Assembly: GCA_965227515.1 (NCBI GenBank)
Contig: CBDDFZ010000001.1
Location: forward strand, 2,720,001 to 2,784,000
DNA length: 64,000 bases
Source of the DNA: Alphaproteobacteria bacterium
GTDB taxonomy: Bacteria > Pseudomonadota > Alphaproteobacteria > CALKHQ01
Direction of reading: 5' to 3'
The notes beneath the pieces were generated by a model. It saw only the letters and a program-made list of their open reading frames with translations, did no database searches and was not told the DNA's origin. Shown one piece after another: positions 38,340 through 46,032 of this stretch. Within the stretch, counting starts at the first letter, position 1; the number at the start of each line of letters is the position of its first letter. A program made the translations under genes and the position numbers.

Positions 38340-39950
38340 ATGTCACACCCGTTCAACGAAGAGCATCGCTTCGGTAGCGCTAATTGGTCAGATGAAGCCG
38401 ACATGCGGGCGGCTGGCCTGTTTGACTCTGATGGTCCGCAGATCGGCTATGTCGGCAGCCGGGCCATGCATCTCTCGGGCGATGCCCCGATGATCACGAT
38501 CGGCGGCGCAGGCTCGGGCAAGCTCCGGGACCTGCTGGCCTACGTGGTCTGCAATTCGCCCGGCATTCCGATGATCGTGCTCGATCCACGCGGTGAGTTG
38601 GGCGCGATCTCGATCCATGTCCATGCGGGACATGATGAATATGCCTACTTCTGGAACCCAGTCCGCACCTGCAACCTGCCGCAGCATCGCTGCAACCCGC
38701 TCGACATCCTGAAGCTCGATGCGCCGGACTTCCATGCGAACGTGCGGTTCATCACCGAGGGCTTCATCGCGCTGCGCGGCGGTGAAGGTCAGTATTTCTG
38801 TATGCGCGCCCGCGAATGGATGGGGGGCATTCTCAAGTCCCGCGTCGAGCAGCTCGGCGGCACGTCGCTGCCGGACCTCTACCGCATCGTCAACTCCATC
38901 GAGTCCGACCGCACCGCCTGGGCGGATCAGCTAGAGGCCATGCTTGTCAGTCGGTTCGACGATGTGCGCCGCGTAGCTGCGGAGATGCTGACCAAACAGC
39001 AGGACGCGCCGAAGGAATTCGGCGGCATCCTGGGCGAGATTTATGCCCATCTCGGCTTCCTCGACGATCCGGTGCTACTGGCCTCTCTCGAAGAGCCGGA
39101 GTTTTCGCTCTCTGCGCTCGTCGATCCAAGCCGCGTGGCGAAGGTCTTCCTGAACATCCCCGCCGAGTATCTCGCGCTCTGGTCGCCCCTGGTCCGGCTC
39201 TTCTTCACCGTGGCCATGCTCTATAAATCGCGGCGTCCGGGCGGTCGGCGCGTCATGCTCGTGGTCGACGAGGCGGGCCAGCTCGGGCGTTTCGAAACGC
39301 TCTTGCGCGCGTTCACTTATGGACGCGGCGCGGGCGTTCGCGCCTGGGCCATATTCCAGGACGCCGGACAGATCGTCCGCAATTTCGGTGCCCCCGCGCT
39401 TCAGGGATTCCTCGGCTCGGCGCAGATGCGTCAGTTCTTCGGCGTGCGCGACTACGAGACGGCACAACTGATCTCCTCGATGCTGGGCACCGAGACGCTG
39501 GAATATGACGACAAGCTTCAACAGGACGCGGCCAAGCGCCAGAAGTGGGAGACGCTGCGCCGGGTGATGAGCGACGGCGATCCGTTCGAAGCGGCGTATG
39601 ACTATGCGCACTTCAAGCGCAATGCCGGGCACCGTACCAAGCAGGCGCGTCCCCTCATGACACCCGACGAGGTGTTGGCGCTGCCGGAGGATCGCCAGAT
39701 CCTTTTCATCTCGGGAAAGAATCTGAAGCCGATCCTCGCGGCCAAGTACCCCTACTTCACGCGCCGCGAGATGGCGGGCAAGTACCTGGCGAACCCCTAT
39801 CACCCACCCACGGACAGCGTTGTCGTCGCCACTCGTCTGGGCATGCGCCGCCGTCGGGTAATCACGGAGCCCGTGCCTCGGCGCTACGCAGGTTTCCCCC
39901 AGTTCCAGGGCGGAACCTTGTCATACGTGGAAGGTCACAAACCGGTCTGA
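38340..39950 (+). CDS. VirD4/TraG-like type IV coupling protein
   Basis: FGSANW, Walker A GGAGSGKL, DPRGEL, NPLD, Walker B VVDEAGQL, GRGAGVR...FQD..Q, 'RPLMTPDEV'. Confidence 0.88.
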   Translation: MSHPFNEEHRFGSANWSDEADMRAAGLFDSDGPQIGYVGSRAMHLSGDAPMITIGGAGSGKLRDLLAYVVCNSPGIPMIVLDPRGELGAISIHVHAGHDEYAYFWNPVRTCNLPQHRCNPLDILKLDAPDFHANVRFITEGFIALRGGEGQYFCMRAREWMGGILKSRVEQLGGTSLPDLYRIVNSIESDRTAWADQLEAMLVSRFDDVRRVAAEMLTKQQDAPKEFGGILGEIYAHLGFLDDPVLLASLEEPEFSLSALVDPSRVAKVFLNIPAEYLALWSPLVRLFFTVAMLYKSRRPGGRRVMLVVDEAGQLGRFETLLRAFTYGRGAGVRAWAIFQDAGQIVRNFGAPALQGFLGSAQMRQFFGVRDYETAQLISSMLGTETLEYDDKLQQDAAKRQKWETLRRVMSDGDPFEAAYDYAHFKRNAGHRTKQARPLMTPDEVLALPEDRQILFISGKNLKPILAAKYPYFTRREMAGKYLANPYHPPTDSVVVATRLGMRRRRVITEPVPRRYAGFPQFQGGTLSYVEGHKPV

Positions 39951-39966
39951 GATGAAGGGCAGTGTC

Positions 39967-40260
39967 ATGAGCGACGATGTGAAGAGGGACAACACGGGCA
40001 AGGAGATCGACACCGCTCAGAGCAGGAGCAACGGGCCTAGCTTCGTTGCCCTTTCTGCGCGGGATGTCGGGGAGAAGACATACTACAACCGAGTCGGGGC
40101 GGCCTTTCCTCACAAGGACGGTGAGGGCCACACCGTGGATTTGGAATCGGTGCCGGTGAACGGGCGCATCATCTTGCGGACGCCCAAGGACCGGCTTCAA
40201 TCCATGAAGGACGGCACCGGCGCGGCACAGGAGCGCCGGAGCCAGGAGCGTGGTCGATGA
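39967..40260 (+). CDS. Small mobile-element protein, possible ssDNA-binding
   Basis: 'RVGAAFPHKDG.G..V.L..VPV.G.I.LR.P' motif familiar from alphaproteobacterial mobile elements; Arg-rich tail. Confidence 0.7.
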   Translation: MSDDVKRDNTGKEIDTAQSRSNGPSFVALSARDVGEKTYYNRVGAAFPHKDGEGHTVDLESVPVNGRIILRTPKDRLQSMKDGTGAAQERRSQERGR

Positions 40261-40535
40261 GCGGCCCGAACCGCAACACGTTGCACCCGGACATCGCCAC
40301 CAAGGCGGAACTGGAACGCTTGCGCGCAAGCCGTCCGGTTCCGGCTCCCACTCGTCATCTGACGCCGATAGGGCCCGATGCCGAGCACACGAGGCGTTCC
40401 CTGCACGAAGCCGACGAACGGCGCATCAGCTATCTGCAAGATCGGCTGCAACGCGTGCGCGACGGTGCCGAGCGGGATCACAGCTTCGCGCGCCTGCAAG
40501 GCCACGCGAAGGCGGATTTCGGGCGCGAGCAATGA
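40257..40535 (+). CDS. Hypothetical protein
   Basis: ATGA-coupled to the previous gene; helical, Arg-rich. Confidence 0.6.
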   Translation: MSGPNRNTLHPDIATKAELERLRASRPVPAPTRHLTPIGPDAEHTRRSLHEADERRISYLQDRLQRVRDGAERDHSFARLQGHAKADFGREQ

Positions 40536-40549
40536 AGGCAAACTATTCG

Positions 40550-40579
40550 TTGCAATGAACACATGTTCATGTTATGTTC
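40550..40579 (+). promoter_or_regulatory. Sigma70 promoter with overlapping alphaproteobacterial LexA box
   Basis: TTGCAA(40550)-N17-TATGTT(40573); GTTC-N7-GTTC at 40565-40579 over the -10; inverted repeat ATGAACA-CA-TGTTCAT at 40555-40570. Confidence 0.78.
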
Positions 40580-40631
40580 TCCTCTTCGGTTCACTTGATG
40601 AAGGGGAGAAAGAAACAAGAGGAAGAGCGGC

Positions 40632-40988
40632 GTGACCAACAAACAGCACCAAGGCCAGAGCAATAAGACAGAGGGTGATACGCTGGTCCTGGATAGGCTG
40701 GCGGATCGCAATCCATCGGATTTCGATCCGGCGGAGTATCTCCCCGATATGGAGGAATTCGATCTCAGCGAGGAACAGGCAACGGAGTTGCTGACCACGC
40801 TTTGGGAGATCATGAAAGCCTTCGTCGACCTTGGCTTCGGCGTCGATTCAATCCACCGGATTTTTCCCGAGTTGGTCGGGGTTTCTGGGGAATTGGAAGC
40901 CGATCAGGTAGACTCGAAGGACGACCATCTGACAGACACATTCGACCAAGCCGCGTCCAGCGACGCGGAGCAGAAGAAGGATTCATGA
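40632..40988 (+). CDS. Acidic hypothetical protein coupled to the recombinase
   Basis: GTG start after GAGGAAG; ATGA overlap with recombinase; D/E-rich. Confidence 0.7.
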   Translation: MTNKQHQGQSNKTEGDTLVLDRLADRNPSDFDPAEYLPDMEEFDLSEEQATELLTTLWEIMKAFVDLGFGVDSIHRIFPELVGVSGELEADQVDSKDDHLTDTFDQAASSDAEQKKDS

Positions 40989-42901
40989 GCGAGACCATCA
41001 TCAACAGCAAAGCCGTCATATACTGCCGCGTCTCCAGCACGGCGCAGACGCGGCGCGGCGATGGCCTCGGCTCTCAGGAAACGCGGTGCCGCGAATACGC
41101 GCGCGTGCGCGGCTACGAGATCGTGCAGGTGTTCACCGACGATCTGAGCGGCAGCGCCGTCGACCGTCCTGGCGTCAAGGCGATGCTCTCCTTCCTGAAA
41201 AAGCATCGCAGCAATCCACACGTCATTCTCGTCGACGATATATCGCGCCTGGCCCGCTCGGTGAGCGCGCACATCGAATTGCGTGCCGCGATAACGCTGG
41301 CAGGCGGGCGGCTGGAATCCCCGACCCTCGAATTCAATGACGATGCCGACAGCGAGTTGCAGGAATATATCCTCGCGACCGTCGCGCAGCATCAACGCCG
41401 CAAGAACGCTGAGCAAACCAAGAACCGGATGCGTGCGCGCGTCATGAACGGCTACTGGGTCTTTCAGGCTCCGGTGGGCTACCGCTATGAGAAGTCCGGG
41501 GGGCACGGCAAGGTGCTCGTCCGCGACGAGCCTCTTGCCTCTATCGTGCAAGAGGCGCTCGAAGGCTTCGCCACTGGCCGCTTCCAGATTCAGGCCGAGG
41601 TCAAGCGCTTCCTGGAATCCCATCCTCAGTATCCGCGCGACCGCAACGGTGAAGTCCGCAATCAGCGCGTCACCGAGCTGCTGACCCGTGGCGTGTATGC
41701 CGGGCTGGTCGAAGCGCCGTCCTGGGACGTGGGTGTGCGAGAGGGCAAACACACCGGATTGATCTCGTTGGAGACCTTCCGAAAAATCCAGGACCGCCTC
41801 AACGGCAAGGGCCGTGCGCCGGTCAGAAAGGACCTGAGCGAGGACTTCCCGCTTCGCGGCGCGGTCGTGTGCGGGTGCTGCGGAACGCCACTGACGGCTT
41901 GCTGGTCGTCCGGTCGCAAAGCTCGCTATCCGTATTACCTCTGCCCGAAGCGGGGCTGTGAGAGCTACGGCAAGTCGATCAAGCGCGATCAGATCGAAGG
42001 TGAGTTCGAGGCGCTGCTGCTCACCCTCCGGCCCTCCGAGGGCCTGTTCCGGGTGGCCTGCGCCATGTTCAAGAAGCTCTGGGACACGCGGCTTGAATCC
42101 CACAAGGCCGAAAGCCGTTCGCTCGGCGCTGCGATCACGAAGATCGAGCAGGATGTCGATCAGCTGCTCGACCGGATCGTCGAGACGGATTCGCCGTCGG
42201 TGATCCGTGCCTACGAGAAGCGGATCAAGGAGATGGAGCTGCGCAAGATGGAACTGCGGGAAAAGGTCTCACAGTGCGGGCGACCGATCCTCGGCTTCGA
42301 CGAGTCACTTAGAACCGCCCTCGATTTCCTCGGAAACCCGCAGAAACTCTGGGCTTCTGACCGTATCGATCACAAGCGCGCTGTGCTCAAACTCACCTTT
42401 GGGGAGCGTCTGTCATACACCCGAGATGGAGGGTTTAGAACCGCCGATGTGGCCTTACCTTTCAAGGCTTTAGCCGACTTCTCAGGGGGTAAAAGCAGAA
42501 TGGCGCGCCCGGCAGGATTCGAACCTGCGGCCCCAGGATTAGGAATCCTGTGCTCTATCCTACTGAGCTACGGGCGCCCATGCGGCAGCTCGGCCAGTCC
42601 GGAACGGGTGAGTCCGCGCTGTCGATATGTCCGGCAATCTAGTCGCTGGCGGGCCGAATTCCAAACTGATTGGCAGCAGCGGGGGCGCCCGGTATCGTGG
42701 CGCCGGGCGGACGTGGTGGAATTGGTAGACACAACAGACTTCGCGAACGGGAGTGCCCGTGGGGAAACCCGCGGTGCAGAACCGCTCAAATTCGGGGAAA
42801 GCTTCGCGGCCGGCGCAATTTCACGTGGCCGTTGCCGATCCCGAGCCAAGCCCGTGCCGGGGCCTCTACCGGGCAACGGTGCGGGAAGGTGTAGAGACTA
42901 G
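40985..42901 (+). CDS. Large serine recombinase; native coding ends at attR (~42509), then reads through tRNA genes in the integrated state
   Basis: Catalytic YCRVSS, 'SG...RPG', 'DDISRLAR', 'APVGY', zinc ribbon CGCCG...YYLC...C, coiled coil. Confidence 0.92.
   Translation: MSETIINSKAVIYCRVSSTAQTRRGDGLGSQETRCREYARVRGYEIVQVFTDDLSGSAVDRPGVKAMLSFLKKHRSNPHVILVDDISRLARSVSAHIELRAAITLAGGRLESPTLEFNDDADSELQEYILATVAQHQRRKNAEQTKNRMRARVMNGYWVFQAPVGYRYEKSGGHGKVLVRDEPLASIVQEALEGFATGRFQIQAEVKRFLESHPQYPRDRNGEVRNQRVTELLTRGVYAGLVEAPSWDVGVREGKHTGLISLETFRKIQDRLNGKGRAPVRKDLSEDFPLRGAVVCGCCGTPLTACWSSGRKARYPYYLCPKRGCESYGKSIKRDQIEGEFEALLLTLRPSEGLFRVACAMFKKLWDTRLESHKAESRSLGAAITKIEQDVDQLLDRIVETDSPSVIRAYEKRIKEMELRKMELREKVSQCGRPILGFDESLRTALDFLGNPQKLWASDRIDHKRAVLKLTFGERLSYTRDGGFRTADVALPFKALADFSGGKSRMARPAGFEPAAPGLGILCSILLSYGRPCGSSASPERVSPRCRYVRQSSRWRAEFQTDWQQRGRPVSWRRADVVELVDTTDFANGSARGETRGAEPLKFGESFAAGAISRGRCRSRAKPVPGPLPGNGAGRCRD
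42500..42509 (+). repeat. attR core overlapping the tRNA-Arg CCA end
   Basis: ATGGCGCGCC. Confidence 0.85.
42501..42577 (-). tRNA. tRNA-Arg(CCT), intronless
   Basis: Reverse complement GCGCCCGTAGCTCAGTAGGATAGAGCACAGGATTCCTAATCCTGGGGCCGCAGGTTCGAATCCTGCCGGGCGCGCCA; full cloverleaf, 77 nt. Confidence 0.97.
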
Positions 42902-43094
42902 ACGGGCGGCGCCTGGGGCCGGCTTCCGTCGCGTTTGGCGCGTCGGGCGGCCGGTGACGGCGAAGGGATAGTCCAGGCCCCAAACGGCGCGCGCTTTTAC
43001 GCTTCGAGGCGCGGCCGGCGGCGAAAGCCGTGGCGGGTATGAAAATCTGTTGCACCTTGTGTGCGTGCGGGTTCAAGTCCCGCCGTCCGCACCA
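42707..43094 (+). tRNA. tRNA-Leu(TAA) split by a group I intron (exons 42707-42741 and 43042-43094)
   Basis: Acceptor GCGGACG/CGTCCGC+ACCA, D-loop GGAATTGGTAGAC, spliced anticodon arm ACAGA-CTT^AAAA-TCTGT, long variable arm, GGTTCAAGTCC. Confidence 0.93.
42742..43041 (+). ncRNA. Group I self-splicing intron (trnL-UAA/IC3-like), 300 nt, no homing endonuclease
   Basis: P AAATTCGGGGAAA, Q GATCCCGAGCC, R GTGTAGAGACTAGACGGG, S AAGGGATAGTCC; P1 with U.G at the 5' splice site; GAAA-capped hairpins; terminal G. Confidence 0.93.
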
Positions 43095-43180
43095 ATTGCT
43101 TGGGCCGGTTTGCTGATCATGTCGGCACTTGTGCAAGTGCGGCATTGTGGCCGCCCTGAAACGCAACATGCACTCCAAGA

Positions 43181-43305
43181 TCGTCATGCCCGCACTTGTT
43201 GCGGGCATCCACGTCTTTCATTCGGCGATGTCAAGTCGTGGATGGTCCCTCGGGACCGGCCAAAGGCCGGCCCGAGGACAGGCTCACCAAGCCCGACCAT
43301 GACGA
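43181..43305. repeat. Palindromic element, same family as 1883-1969, with an extra nested hairpin
   Basis: TCGTCATG...CATGACGA termini; shared 32-bp arm; insert CCTCGGGACCGGCC-AAA-GGCCGGCCCGAGG. Confidence 0.8.
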
Positions 43306-43401
43306 TGGGGAGGGGACATCGCGCGATAACCGGAATGGACCCTCGGCCTTCGGCCAAGGGTCACAAGTGAGAGCGGGTGAGAGGCCGAAGCGCCTTGCCG
43401 C

Positions 43402-44100
43402 TCACTCCTCGAACGGGCGCAGGAATTCCGCCTCGATCAGGAATTCGACCTCGTCGGAGACACCCATTCTCGAGCCCTCGGGCGGCACGCCGAAGCCCAT
43501 GCCGAAGTCGGAGCGCAGCAACGCGCCAGAGGCGGAGAAGCCGATCCGCGAGTTCGGGTCGTAGGGGTGGCTGACATAGCCGCCATTGAAGATGACATTC
43601 AGGGTCACCGGGTGGGTGACGCCGCGCAGCGTCAGGTCGCCGGTGACGTCCGCCGTGGTCTCGCCGGTCAGCGTGACGCCGGTCGACCGGAACGTCATCT
43701 CCGGATGGGTGGCGGTGTCGAACCAGGTCTCGCTACGCAGGATCGCGTTGAAGTCGAGCTCGTCGGGGTCGGGCGGGTGGGTCTCGATCGAGGCCGGGTC
43801 GATGGTGGCGCTGACCGACATCGTCTCCGGTGCGGCGGGGTCGAACTCCAGGGTCGCATCGAAGCGCGCGAACCGGCTGACGAAGTGCGAGAAGCCGATG
43901 TGGTCGACCCGAAAGATCAGGCTGGCGTGGATCTGGTCAAGCCGGTAAGTGCCGGCCGGAAGCTCTGTCGGCTCCGCCACCGTGGGGTCGACGAATGCTG
44001 CCTCGTCCTGAGCGTTGGCGGCGGTTGTCGCGCAAAGGGCCAAGCCTGCGACGGCTGGCACGAACGTCGTCTTGACCCGACCTATCCAACCCCTAACCAT
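43402..44100 (-). CDS. YceI-family protein
   Basis: Signal peptide; 'Y.LD..HASL.F.V.H.GFS', 'GDLTLRGVT.PV.L', 'GFSA.G...RSDFGM'. Confidence 0.88.
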   Translation of the reverse strand: MVRGWIGRVKTTFVPAVAGLALCATTAANAQDEAAFVDPTVAEPTELPAGTYRLDQIHASLIFRVDHIGFSHFVSRFARFDATLEFDPAAPETMSVSATIDPASIETHPPDPDELDFNAILRSETWFDTATHPEMTFRSTGVTLTGETTADVTGDLTLRGVTHPVTLNVIFNGGYVSHPYDPNSRIGFSASGALLRSDFGMGFGVPPEGSRMGVSDEVEFLIEAEFLRPFEE

Positions 44101-44171
44101 GCTGTGCTCCCATCTGTCGCGACCCGGGCGCATGTCTTTGCGCATGGCGCGCGTGCCGGTCAATCCCCGCC

Positions 44172-45026
44172 TCACATCTCCTGGCGAACCTGGGCGTAGG
44201 CCAGCAGCGAGAACAGGCCGGTGCCGCCGATCAGATTGCCGGCCAGCGCCGGCAACAGCAACCCGCCAAAGCCGTGGCCGACGCCGACCTCGCCAGCCAG
44301 CATCAGCAGGAACACCTCTCCCGAGCCGACCACGATGTGGGCGAACTGGCCGATGGCGATCACGTAGGTCAATAATGCGATGACCCAGAACCGCGCCGAC
44401 TCCGCGCTCGGCAGCATCCACACGATGGCCGCCATGAAGAAACCGGCGGGGATGCCGCGGATCAGCGCCTCCAGCGCGGTCAGCTCGGCGAAATGGCGCG
44501 AGATCGCGAGCATGCCCTCCACATGGTCGGAGTGCGACGTGCCGATGAAGGTCACCAGCAGGGCGACGATGAAGGTGCCGGTCATGTTGGCGCCAAGCAC
44601 CACCCCCCACAGCCGGGCGGTGCGGGTGAGCTTGGCACGGCCGAAGTCGGCCAGCAGCGGCAGGATCACCGAGATGGTATTCTCGGTGAAGAGCTGCATG
44701 CGGCTGAGAATGACGATGATGAAGCCGACGCAGTAGCCGGCGCCCTCGATCAACGGGCGGTAGGGCGTGTCCGGCAGGTGGTGGTGCAGGATGCCGGTGA
44801 CCAGCAGCGAGGCGGAGATGGCGATGCCGGCGGCCACGCCCGACCACCACAGCGAGGACACCGGGCGGTCCAGCTCCTCCTCGCCTTCGCGGCGGACGAT
44901 CTCGTAGACCACCCGTGGCCGAAGACGCTGGCGGTCCTGGGTGACCTCGCGTTCTTCGGCGTCCAGGCCCTCGGCGTTTTGCCTGCCGGCGTTTTCCCTG
45001 GCGTCGCGGGCCTGGTCGTCGGCCAT
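44172..45026 (-). CDS. Formate/nitrite transporter family protein
   Basis: 'EGEEEL.RP', 'QLFTENT', 'H.V.GS', 'GNLIGG'; multiple TMs. Confidence 0.88.
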   Translation of the reverse strand: MADDQARDARENAGRQNAEGLDAEEREVTQDRQRLRPRVVYEIVRREGEEELDRPVSSLWWSGVAAGIAISASLLVTGILHHHLPDTPYRPLIEGAGYCVGFIIVILSRMQLFTENTISVILPLLADFGRAKLTRTARLWGVVLGANMTGTFIVALLVTFIGTSHSDHVEGMLAISRHFAELTALEALIRGIPAGFFMAAIVWMLPSAESARFWVIALLTYVIAIGQFAHIVVGSGEVFLLMLAGEVGVGHGFGGLLLPALAGNLIGGTGLFSLLAYAQVRQEM

Positions 45027-45032
45027 GCGGGC

Positions 45033-45971
45033 TCAGACTGGCGTACGCACGGGCTGGCCGGCGAAATGCAGGTCCAAATTCTCGATGGTCAGGTCGCCCA
45101 TGGCGCGCCGGGTCTCGGTGGTGGCGCTGGCCACGTGGGGCTGCAGCACGACATTGTGCATGCCGATCAGTTCCTCCGGCACATTGGGCTCATTGGCGAA
45201 CACGTCCAGCCCGGCGGCGGCGATGCGGCCGTTGCGCAGCGCGTCGATCAGGGCGGCCTCGTCGACCACCGAGCCGCGTGCGACGTTGACCAGGAACCCG
45301 TTCGGTCCCAGTGCCTCCAACACCTCGGCATTGATCAGGTTCCGGGTCGCCGGCCCGCCGGGGCAGATCGCGACCAGGAAGTCGACGTCGGCGGCCATGG
45401 TCACCAGGTTGTCGTAGTAGGGCAGGTCGACATCGGGCTGCTCGCTGCGGCCGTGATAGACCACCGGGCAGTCGAACGCCGCGCAGCGCCGCGCGATCAC
45501 CTTGCCGATCCGGCCCAGGCCCAGAATGCCGACGGTCTTGCCGGAGAACTTGGTCTGCAGGGCCATGATGCCCTCTTTCGGCCAACGGCCGTCGCGCACA
45601 TAGCGGTCGCCCTGCGGGATCGCGCGCGCCACCGACAGCAAGAGGCCGATGGCCAGGTCGGCCACGTCATCGTTCAGCACGCCGGGGGTGTTGGTGACGG
45701 TGATGTTGCGTTCCCTCGCCGCCGCCACGTCGATGCCGTCATAGCCGACGCCGTAGCACGAGATCACTTCCAGCTTCGGCAGCGCGTCCATCAACTCGGC
45801 CGAGGCGCCGTGGTGCCCGTCGGTGGCGATGCCGCGCACCCGGGGGGCGATCTCGGCCAGCAGGGCGGCGCGGTCGTCCGCCTCCCACAACCGGTGCGCT
45901 TCGTACTTCTCGGCAAGCTCGTCCATGATCCGTTGCATCAACGGGCAAACGATCAGGATCTCGGTCTTCAT
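45033..45971 (-). CDS. D-2-hydroxyacid dehydrogenase
   Basis: GVGYDG, NTPGV, GLGRIG, NVARGSVVDE, GLDVF..EP, PHVAS. Confidence 0.93.
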   Translation of the reverse strand: MKTEILIVCPLMQRIMDELAEKYEAHRLWEADDRAALLAEIAPRVRGIATDGHHGASAELMDALPKLEVISCYGVGYDGIDVAAARERNITVTNTPGVLNDDVADLAIGLLLSVARAIPQGDRYVRDGRWPKEGIMALQTKFSGKTVGILGLGRIGKVIARRCAAFDCPVVYHGRSEQPDVDLPYYDNLVTMAADVDFLVAICPGGPATRNLINAEVLEALGPNGFLVNVARGSVVDEAALIDALRNGRIAAAGLDVFANEPNVPEELIGMHNVVLQPHVASATTETRRAMGDLTIENLDLHFAGQPVRTPV

Positions 45972-46032
45972 GCTCGGGTGGTCTCCGTCAGGTGGGCGCG
46001 GTGGCCGCTCGGCCGCGTGAGGTGTGGGCTAT

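Larger units (their letters stand above)
23722..42509. mobile_element. Integrative mobilisable element (~18.8 kb) at the tRNA-Arg(CCT) 3' end
   Basis: Direct repeat ATGGCGCGCC at 23722-23731 and 42500-42509; serine recombinase, MobC, relaxase, coupling protein and R-M cargo; no VirB genes. Confidence 0.88.

Noticed and set aside
23722-42509. Self-transmissible ICE or prophage
   Set aside because: No VirB mating-pair, replication or phage structural genes
42510-42901. C-terminal ~130 aa of the 699-aa recombinase ORF as an evolved domain
   Set aside because: It is the tRNA-Arg antisense translation (ARPAGFEPA...) plus tRNA-Leu exon and intron; read-through created by integration. The upstream TTG start at 40802 also overlaps another gene.
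42742-43041. Homing endonuclease within the intron
   Set aside because: Only 300 nt, occupied by structural elements; overlapping ORFs lack LAGLIDADG, HNH or GIY-YIG motifs
43036-43094. tRNA-Phe(GAA) or tRNA fragment suggested by TATGAAAATCTG
   Set aside because: The G is the intron terminal G; splicing yields CTTAAAA, and the long variable arm indicates Leu
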